Shown here in pieces: positions 9,226 through 17,300 of a stretch of DNA of 64,000 nucleotides (its first letter is position 1; the number at the start of each line of letters is the position of its first letter). Made by a program: the position numbers and the translations under genes. The DNA comes from Candidatus Latescibacterota bacterium (GTDB taxonomy: Bacteria; Latescibacterota; UBA2968; GCA-2709665): the NCBI GenBank assembly GCA_965116875.1, contig OZ220733.1:5024001-5088000 (forward strand), read 5' to 3'. The notes beneath the pieces were generated by a model that was not told the DNA's origin, did no database searches, and saw only the letters and a list, made by a program, of their open reading frames with translations.

Positions 9226-10260
9226 ATGGCATCTCTTCGTGCCGGCGTGGTCGGCGCAGGAAGCATCTCCCGCAGACACATCAACGCATGGAAGGCCCAT
9301 CCGGACGTGGAACTGACCTGCATTGCGGACATCAGCGAACAGGCCGTGAACAGCCGCGCGGATGAATTCGGCATTCGGGACCGTTATACCGGCTACGCGG
9401 ACATGTTCCGGACGGAAAATATCGACGTCCTCAGCATCTGCACGTGGATGAATACGCACGCGGAGATCGCGGTAGCCGCGGCGGAGGCCGGCATCGGCGG
9501 GATCCTGTGCGAAAAGCCGCTGTCGGGCAGCCTGGAGGAAGTGGATCTCATTCTCGACGCCGCAAACAGAAACGGAACCCGCGTAGCCGTGGGCCATCAT
9601 CACCGGTTCCGCGGCGCCTGCGAGAAAGGGCGGGAACTGATTTTGGAGGGCGCGATCGGGCAGCCCGTACTCTTTCACGGCCACACGACGGGCGGCCTGC
9701 TCAACAACGGCACCCACTTCGTGGACATCGCGCGTTACCTGATGGATGATCCGGAACCCTCCTGGGCGATCGGCCAGGTGGTGCGGCACACCGACCGGCA
9801 CGAACGGCACGACCCCATCGAAGACTTGTGCGCGGGAATTGTTGCACTAGAAAACGGCGCGCGCATCCTGATCGAAAGCGATATGCCCGAACCGGCGCCG
9901 CCGGACAACGCGATGACGCTGCAGGGAACCGGCGGCACGCTGGTGGTCACGTCCAAGGGTGCGCGATTGCTCAATGACGCGGGATCCCGGGACGTGGACG
10001 CCGCACAGGAGACGGACGTTGGGGTCGCGCAGGCCGCGGAACTCGTGGACTGGATGGAAGGCCGCGTGGACGAGCACCGCAACGCCATCCGGAAGAACCG
10101 CGGGGTCATCGAAATCCTCATGGGCGTCTATGAATCCGCCCGCATTCGCGACGTGGTCACCTTCCCCCTCGAATCCGGACCCTCGCCCCTGCACCGGATG
10201 ATCGACGACGGAGACCTGCCCGTGACCGTGCCCGGGAAGTATGATATACGGATACGTTAG
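9226..10260 (+). CDS. Gfo/Idh/MocA family oxidoreductase
   Basis: GVVGAGSIS Rossmann motif, ILCEKPL, NNGTHFVD. AAGGA RBS before ATG 9226. Confidence 0.92.
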   Translation: MASLRAGVVGAGSISRRHINAWKAHPDVELTCIADISEQAVNSRADEFGIRDRYTGYADMFRTENIDVLSICTWMNTHAEIAVAAAEAGIGGILCEKPLSGSLEEVDLILDAANRNGTRVAVGHHHRFRGACEKGRELILEGAIGQPVLFHGHTTGGLLNNGTHFVDIARYLMDDPEPSWAIGQVVRHTDRHERHDPIEDLCAGIVALENGARILIESDMPEPAPPDNAMTLQGTGGTLVVTSKGARLLNDAGSRDVDAAQETDVGVAQAAELVDWMEGRVDEHRNAIRKNRGVIEILMGVYESARIRDVVTFPLESGPSPLHRMIDDGDLPVTVPGKYDIRIR

Positions 10261-10296
10261 ACAGTCTCGCCAATGTAAATCACCCAAGGATTCGCG

Positions 10297-11517
10297 ATGA
10301 CCTCTACTCGAAGCACCCCCACGGTCACCGTCGGTCTTGCCGATGCCGATATAACCGGGAACGACAACCGGGCGCTCCAGGCGGCCGTGGACTATATCGC
10401 GGGTCTGGGCGGCGGGACCGTGGAAATCGGTCCAGGGACCTACACGATGCGGGACTCGCTGCACCTGAGGAACCGAGTCACCGTCCGCGGACAGGGTCGG
10501 GAATCCGTTCTCTTCAAGGCGGATGCCGTTGAGAGTCCGCTCACGCTCGACGGGGACTACGGCGAGGAACAGATCACGGTTGCCGACCCCGCGGGGTTCG
10601 CGCCCGGTGTGGGAGTGAGCGTAACGGACGACAACTCGGGCGGATTTCACACCGTCGTCTGTACGCTGATCTGGGCGGATGGCGACACATTCGGCGCCGG
10701 CAAGCCCATGCTGGGCGACTACCTCGTGTCACGAAACGCACGCGCGGCAACCACGTTTCCGGTCATCAGCGGCTATGGCGTCACAGCCGCCGGCATCGAA
10801 AACCTGGCGATTCAGGGCAACAAAGAAAACAACCCGTACCTCAACGGTTGTAGGGGCGCGGGCATCTTCCTGTACCGCAGCCATGGGACGAGGATCGCCG
10901 GCTGTACGATCGAAAACTACAACGGCGATGGAATCAGCTTCCAGCAAAGCAACGGTGTGTCGGTGGAAGACTGCGTCTGCAGGGGGAATACCCACCTGGG
11001 CCTGCACCCGGGCAGCGGAAGCGGCTCGCCCGCCATCCGCAACTGCCGGTCTGTCGGGAACGGCCGCATCGGCCTGTTCCTCTGCTGGCGGGTCAGAAAC
11101 GGGATCTTCGAGAACAACCGTCTGAATGACAACGGCGAGACCGGGATCTCCATCGGTCACAAGGATACGGACAACACGTTTCTGAGCAACGAGGCAAACG
11201 GAAACGGACGGGAGGGCGTGCTGTTCCGCGATGAATCCGAACCCATGGCGGGGCACCGGAATTACTTCGAGAGGAACGAAATCCTGGACAATGGAGAGGG
11301 ATCCAACGGATGCGGCGTCCGAATCCTGGGCGATACCCGGGACCTGACCTTCGTCAACAACCGCATCGGGAATTCGCCGGACGGCAAGCAACAGATCGGC
11401 ATCGTGATTGGAGAAAAAGCAGACCGTATCCAGCTCAAAGAGAATGAGTTATCCGGAAACGTTAATCGAGAAATCGAAGATCGGCGCGAGGGGAAAAATA
11501 AACCGGACTGTGATTAG
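10297..11517 (+). CDS. right-handed parallel beta-helix (pectin lyase-like) repeat protein
   Basis: DNRALQAAVD..GGGTVEIGPGTY N-cap, followed by Asn-ladder repeats (NG.DGI, NG..GL). Confidence 0.85.
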   Translation: MTSTRSTPTVTVGLADADITGNDNRALQAAVDYIAGLGGGTVEIGPGTYTMRDSLHLRNRVTVRGQGRESVLFKADAVESPLTLDGDYGEEQITVADPAGFAPGVGVSVTDDNSGGFHTVVCTLIWADGDTFGAGKPMLGDYLVSRNARAATTFPVISGYGVTAAGIENLAIQGNKENNPYLNGCRGAGIFLYRSHGTRIAGCTIENYNGDGISFQQSNGVSVEDCVCRGNTHLGLHPGSGSGSPAIRNCRSVGNGRIGLFLCWRVRNGIFENNRLNDNGETGISIGHKDTDNTFLSNEANGNGREGVLFRDESEPMAGHRNYFERNEILDNGEGSNGCGVRILGDTRDLTFVNNRIGNSPDGKQQIGIVIGEKADRIQLKENELSGNVNREIEDRREGKNKPDCD

Positions 11518-11620
11518 GCAGGATTAGAACCGGATTAAAGGCTGATTAAAACCAAGATCAAAGTCAAAACCGGACCGGGATTATGCAGGATTAGAGCAGG
11601 ATTAAAGGCTGATTAAAACC
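11512..11620. repeat. two ~42-bp direct repeats built of phased GATTA units
   Basis: GCAGGATTAGAACCGGATTAAAGGCTGATTAAAACC at 11518-11553 versus GCAGGATTAGAGCAGGATTAAAGGCTGATTAAAACC at 11585-11620 (34/36 identical). Confidence 0.8.
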
Positions 11621-11743
11621 CATTGAAAGACTCTGATTGCGTTCCGGCGAAGAATGAGCATCCTGTAGTTTACATTATCTCACATCTTTGGCCCTGGACA
11701 CCGAGCCGCTCTGTGAGCCGTTGTCCTGCTTGTGCTGCCTGCA

Positions 11744-12149
11744 CTGAGCCTGTCGAAGGGTCGAAGGGCCGTCAGACAGTCGAAGTGTCCGCGCACAAGT
11801 TCATCTACAAAGACCAAATGCGACACGTACAATCGAGAATACGGGAGATTCTTCGCTGCGCTCTGATTGGCATGTTTTGCGATAACTATTGGCAAAACGC
11901 TGAGCCCACACCTTCGCAGAATATGTCATCCTGAGGAGGCCCGCGCGCTCAGAATGACATGTTTTATGATCGTCAGGCACGTGGCTTCCCGCTGTCATCC
12001 AGAGGAGGCCCCCAGGCCGACGAAGGATCTACTGCAGCATCGGATTATCCCCGTGCGATTTGTACGCGTCAATACCTGAGAGGCAGCACGTCCGCCTGCA
12101 GCGCGGGACAGAAGGGGCGAAAAATGCTTCGACTCCGATCAGAATGACA
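11744..12149. repeat. cluster of REP-like palindromic elements
   Basis: CTGAGCCTGTCGAAGGGTCGAAGGG at 11744-11768, identical at 59452-59476. TGTCATCC..CAGAATGACA-bounded units at 11924-11959 and 11993-12149. Confidence 0.7.
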
Positions 12150-12594
12150 TTCGTTGCCACAGACACGAACCGATGGCAACCTGGTTTCCGTAAACCAAGC
12201 CAAACCCGTACAAGATCGCGAATTGAAGCCACTATTCGAACCTTATCTCTGCGAGTTCCACGGTTCCTGGACAGCAGTGAGGCCGATTGAAATCCGAGAA
12301 AAGACTCTGATTGGCGTCCTTGCGACGACATATTCGGCAGACTTGCCTTCTGATCATATATTGAGGCAAGATCCGACTGCAGCCCTCGACAGCGCCCGAA
12401 TCGTGAGGATAACGGTAATGGGTGCTTAGACAATTGTCTAAGGTTTTGGGCAAATGATATATAGGCCCTTAAAACAAACTCGGAGTTTGCCATGGTTGTA
12501 CTTGCAATGTCAATGATCGACCTAATGCGTCCAACGCATGATCGGCTGAACAGGCCACCTGATAGCGGATGAGGTTTCGGATCGCCAGCAGGGC

Positions 12595-12656
12595 TGTCAA
12601 CACCGGTTTTGTTTTTGACAAAAGCACCGGCTGAAATTTGGACACTATAGACAGGA
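12595..12656 (+). mobile_element. IS21-like terminal sequence, orphan copy 1
   Basis: Begins TGTCAACACCGG with two internal ACCGG..TTTG(G)ACA subrepeats; 56/62 identical to 13516-13577. No transposase follows. Confidence 0.55.
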
Positions 12657-12739
12657 TGGTGGGTCGCCGGCAGGTCGGTGCGCTTCGCGAGGTGGCAGTC
12701 CGAGGGAATCGGATTCTCCATCCGTTTCATTATCGACTA

Positions 12740-12768
12740 TTGACTTCCCTATAACTATTGCTTAAAGT
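12740..12768 (+). promoter_or_regulatory. sigma-70 promoter of the Cys-rich microgene
   Basis: TTGACT-N17-TAAAGT, followed by the SD sequence AAGGAGGTGA at 12780-12789. Confidence 0.65.
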
Positions 12769-12792
12769 TGGTTTAGACAAAGGAGGTGACCG

Positions 12793-13029
12793 ATGAATCA
12801 TCCATTCAAGTGGTGGTGCTGTCGGTATCTGTTGCGGGTCATTTTCGTCCGGGACAATAGAGCCTCGAAAAACCAACCGAATCCAGCGACAATCGTCCAC
12901 CGGTGCAGGGACCTGAAATACCGGCCCGAGAGACCGGAAATGATCTGCGAGAAGGAAGACTGCGAAAACTGCCGTCAGAAGCACGGACGACCGCAGACCG
13001 TATTGCACTATTTGACTGAAGGTATGTAG
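12793..13029 (+). CDS. 78-aa Cys-rich hypothetical protein
   Basis: Perfect SD, its own promoter and a downstream hairpin. Six Cys (WWCC, C..CEKEDCENC). Confidence 0.65.
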   Translation: MNHPFKWWCCRYLLRVIFVRDNRASKNQPNPATIVHRCRDLKYRPERPEMICEKEDCENCRQKHGRPQTVLHYLTEGM

Positions 13030-13045
13030 GCTCGATTGAAGGCCG

Positions 13046-13092
13046 CAAGACAGAAGCCCAGGGCGATCGAATCGTCCTGGGCTTCTGTCTTG
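13046..13092. terminator. long hairpin between convergent small genes
   Basis: CAAGACAGAAGCCCAGGGCGAT-CGA-ATCGTCCTGGGCTTCTGTCTTG (22-bp stem, one G-U pair). Confidence 0.7.
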
Positions 13093-13206
13093 AGAGGCGG
13101 TCGGACTGAAGCGACGGAGTTGATCTGATTCAAACGGGACAACCCACGACAATCGCGCATTGTCCCGTTGCATCATTCTCCGCGAAGGGTATTCAGCGAA
13201 TGGGTT

Positions 13207-13497
13207 TCACGACTGTTCCCGATCCAACAATTGCCCGAACTCCTCCGGACTGGAAACCTGGACCGCTGCGCGAAGCAACGCTTTCAGGCGTCGGACGTCG
13301 TCAATCGTCTCAATGCGAGCAGTCAGAGGATGCGGCGCAGGATGACCGAATCGAGTCTCCAGTACAGCGAAGATACTCTCCCGGAGCCCTTGCTCAAGGC
13401 CTCTTTCGATGCCTTGCTCGATGCCTTGCTCGATACCTTGCTCAATGCCCTGTCGGGTGAGGTATTGTGCAAAGGATGATTCGCGTATGAGGTCCAT
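13207..13497 (-). CDS. Rpn/DUF4351-type C-terminal module (RpnS-like), 96 aa; no nuclease domain upstream
   Basis: AAGGAGGG RBS then ATG. ESSFAQY..QGIEQGIEQGIEQGIERGLEQG repeats, VLETRFG, IETIDD..LKALLRAAV..S.EEF. Upstream DNA is the IS21-like end. Confidence 0.75.
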   Translation of the reverse strand: MDLIRESSFAQYLTRQGIEQGIEQGIEQGIERGLEQGLRESIFAVLETRFGHPAPHPLTARIETIDDVRRLKALLRAAVQVSSPEEFGQLLDREQS

Positions 13498-13515
13498 CAG
13501 GCCCTCCTTCGAAAC

Positions 13516-13577
13516 TGTCAACACCGGTTTTGTTTTTGACAAAAACGCCGGTTTAAATTTGGCCACCATAGACAGGA
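13516..13577 (+). mobile_element. IS21-like terminal sequence, orphan copy 2
   Basis: Direct repeat of 12595-12656. Lies 18 bp upstream of the RpnS-like ATG, where the rpn nuclease domain would be. Confidence 0.55.
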
Positions 13578-13705
13578 AGTTGAGTGGATCAGGGTGGAAA
13601 GTCAATTACATCCCCAGGAGTTTTCGGAAATCCGTAAACCGGGGCTTCCAGATGGTCCTATTGGATCAATCATCAGCCGGCTGCATATGGGCGATCGCAA
13701 ACGCG

Positions 13706-13805
13706 AGACTCAACCCTCCCCCACCTCCGCCAAATCCACCCCGAATTCCGCTCCGATTTCGCAAACCGTTTCCCACGTCCGGTCGTCCACCTCAATGCCC
13801 TCCGT
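13706..13805 (-). repeat. duplicated 3' end of the Ldh-2 gene (att-like direct repeat)
   Basis: 97/100 identical to 18870-18969, including the stop codon. Weaker similarity extends to ~13820. Confidence 0.92.
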
Positions 13806-13905
13806 GGCACGGCGTTCGGTAGATTGAAACTGCATTGCCGGTTGATCACGCTCGGGGACCAATGCCGGCGGCGGGGATGACGGAGGCCGGTACCCACCGT
13901 CGAGG

Positions 13906-14119
13906 TCGATATATCGAAAAAAAGGTCGATATTTCGATCCAGCTACAACTAACTGTTTCTTAATAACATAAGCGATCCAGGCTGAAAAAGTGGGGCGATA
14001 TATCGTCCAATTAACCAGCCTTGCTTTTTGTTGTTGTGAATTGCCATACTTCTATCCTGCATTAAATCAATATCTTACAGTTATTTCAGGCAATGCTAAC
14101 ACATTGGCACACATTTCGC
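13906..14119 (+). promoter_or_regulatory. sigma-54 promoter with IHF site and palindromic upstream activator sites
   Basis: TGGCACACATTTCGC (GG-N10-GC) at 14105-14119; AATCAATATCTTA (WATCAANNNNTTR) at 14065-14077; CGATATWTCG palindromes at 13906-13917, 13926-13937 and 13996-14005. Confidence 0.72.
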
Positions 14120-14382
14120 GTTTGCATAAGATCTCGTCATTCACCCGACCATACTCCGATCAAGAACCTGGCGTAGACCAGGACAACCGCTTTGCCCGAT
14201 ATCAGAATTCACACCCTGGAAGCCAGACCATGGTTGCACTTCCGGACTGGGAAAATGAGAATCGGCACACTAAAGTACATTCAAATCATGCTCGATCTGA
14301 ACCCGGGCGACGATCACCGGCCTGCCCGATTGCCGTGACAAAGACACTATAAGAAGAGGCTTCGGGAAGAAAGGTAACATCG

Positions 14383-17300
14383 ATGGAGTCAAATCTAAAC
14401 AGGTGCTATCTGGTACTCTTCTCGTTGGCAATATGCGGAACTGTAATGATCTGCCGGCCGAATGTGATTTCAGCTTCGTCGGTTCAGGCTGACAGCGTGC
14501 ATTTCTGTGCGCTGTTTGACTACGAGCAGTGGCTGCGCGACAATCCCGCGCCCGCAGGAAAGCTAGCGGCGGAACGAAACGTCGGCCCGCCGCGCACGGT
14601 GCGATTGTTCTATTTCCTGCCGAACGACCGCCCATTTCGGCAGGAAGTGGTCGATTCGATGAAAACAGTGATCAAGCAGATTCAGACGTTCTACGCCGAG
14701 CAAATGCAGACGCACGGCTACGGGGAGATGACATTTCGTTTCGAGGCCGATGCGCAGGGCGACCCGTTGGTGCATCGCGTGGATGGTGAACACGCGGACG
14801 ATTCCTATTATGACAACACGGTGGGCCCCGTGTTAAGGGAGATCCGGCAAGCGTATGATCGAGAACAGAATGTCGTTTTCATCGTTGTCGATAACAATGC
14901 CAACACGTCTATTGGACTTCATGGTACAAGAATTGGCGGAGGCGGTGGAATTTCGGGCACGCCGAAGCGCAGTGGTTTTGTGATGATTCCCGCCGGATTC
15001 AGCTTCGGCACGGCCGTGCATGAACTCACCCACGCCTTCGGCATGAACTGGCACGACTTTCGGGACCGAAACTATGTCCTGTCGTATGGATCCAATTACA
15101 AAAGGATCTCGGACTGCACTGCGGGTGTGCTCGCCGTGAATCCGAATTTCAATTGGGATATTCCATTCGAAACGTCAACAGGGCCAATGATCGAGCAAGT
15201 TTCCCCGGCCAGGTATCCTGCCGGATCAAAGAGCGTATCAATTCGACTCAAAGCTTCTGACGTGGATGGGGTGCATCAGTTGATCCTGCAGGCTGTAACA
15301 ACAGGTATCTCCGCCACATCGGGATCCTGGGAAGTCCTGGCATGCCGTCACTTTTCAGGTGAGAAGGAGGCGATCGCCGAGTTCGAATATGACGGCGTTG
15401 TTCCATCTTCTGACTTTACCAGCCTTTCCGATCCTCCTTCACATTACTTTCGTGTCATAGCGATTGATACGGATGGGAACGACCGGAAACCGTATAGCGA
15501 AATTCACTTTGGTATTGCGGAAGATTCACCATACCTGATCACGACCCTTGAAGGTCGTTCGTCGTATGTCAGTTCCGTGGCTTTTTCGCACGATGGTTCC
15601 ACTCTTGCGGCCGGTTCTGCGGACAGCACGGTTGTATTGTGGGATGTGCGCACGAGAGAACAGATCGCTGTGTTGGAAGGGCATACCGCTCGCGTCTGGG
15701 CGGTTTCATTTTCTCCTGACGGATCCATTCTGGCTGCGGGATCACAGGATGGTACGATCATGTTTTGGGACATGGCGACACGAGAGGCCATCCCGCCCGT
15801 GGAAAGGCATTCAAATTACGTAACCGAGGTGGCATTTTCACCCGATGGCAAGACGTTTGCCGCCGTTGGGTTGGGAGATGATACGGTTAAACTGTTGGAC
15901 GTAGCGACGCGCGAGGAGATCGGGACCCTGCAGATGCCAACAGATCTGGTTTCTTCGATGGCATTCTCGCCTGACGGGAAGACGCTTGCTGCCACATCGG
16001 ACGGCGCAGTCCTGCTGTGGGACACAGCAACACTTGAAGAGATCGCAACCCTGCAACATGCCAAGCCAGTGAATGCAGTAGCGTTTTCACCCGACGGCGC
16101 CATACTGGCTGCCTCTGTGCCAGGTGAGAGCGCAGTTGTTCTATGGGACGTGGCGACTCATAGTAAGATTACCGCCTTGGCAGTGAATCCCTGGTGGGCA
16201 AATTCGTTGGCGTTCTCGCCCGATGGTACTACGCTGGCATCGGGCACCGCCAACGGTACCGCCATATTGTACAATATCATGAGCGAAGAGTTGGAACAGG
16301 CGTTTCCACACGCAGCAGGAGGGGTTACCTCGGTAGACTTCTCACCGGACGGCGCCACGCTGGCTGCGTCATCGACGGATGGCAGAGTCGAGTTATGGGA
16401 TACTTCTGAGTGGCTTCGGCCGCGACCCTCTCGCCTGGCCGAGATTTCGGGCAATGGCCAGCAAGGAGCGCCAGAGGCCGCGTTGACGCGCCCGCTCGTC
16501 GTGGAAGTCAGAGATCAGTACGGCGATCCACTTCCCGGTGTACCGGTCACGTTCACCGTTACCGCGGGCGGCGGGACGCTGGGTGGGAAGTTTACGATAG
16601 AGCGCCCAAAAACCGACACCAGCGGACGTGCTGGCGTTTTCTTCACCCTTGGACCGAATCCGGGAACAAATACCGTTGAAGTTTCGCTTGGAGGCCGTCC
16701 ACTGGCAACGTTCAACGCGCAGGGTGTTGGGACCATTGGGATCACTCGTGAGGATGATTTTCGTAAATGGCATTTGCCGAACGGCGCGATTGCGCGCCTT
16801 GGAAAGGGAAGCCTCAATGGAGGCCAGCATGGGCTGGACATATCGAAAGATGGCCGATACCTGGCCATCGCCACCGAGACCGGCGTGTGGGTCCAGGAGA
16901 TTGCATCGGGGCGGGTTACGGCGTTGTTACCAGCCCCTAACGCCAGTTCGGTTTCGTTCTCACCCAATGGCACGACGCTGGCGTCCACGGGCTGGAGCGA
17001 AATCGAGCTCTGGAATATCGAATCGGGCAGGCGGATCGGCATCCTCGATCGTGAGCCGTTGTATTTCCCCACTGCGGTGTTTTCACCGGATGGAGCCACA
17101 CTTGCCTCGGGTCAAAATGACGGCTCCGTCCTGCTGTGGGATGTCTCGAGTCGAAAAGAGATCGCCGTACTGGAGGGACATACAAACCGCGTCAGATCGC
17201 TGGCGTATTCGCCCGACGGTAATTCGTTGGCGACCGAGTCGGACGATAGAACCGTCAGATTGTGGGACGTGCAGACAAAAGAAGAAATCGCTTTGATCGA

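Noticed and set aside
11518-11620. CRISPR array (36-bp repeats, 31-bp spacer)
   Set aside because: Only two units, internal GATTA periodicity, similarity extends into the spacer, and no cas genes in the window. Kept as a non-CRISPR repeat.
11623-12079. Short ORFs over the REP cluster
   Set aside because: They translate repeat DNA (EPVEGSKG, CHPEEA); no coding evidence.
12529-12594. Integron attC site (GTCCAAC matches RYYYAAC)
   Set aside because: No complementary GTTRRRY end or L-box pairing, and no intI.
13990-14352. 120-aa ORF upstream of the WD40 gene
   Set aside because: It overlaps the UAS, IHF and sigma-54 elements, has no RBS and has atypical composition.
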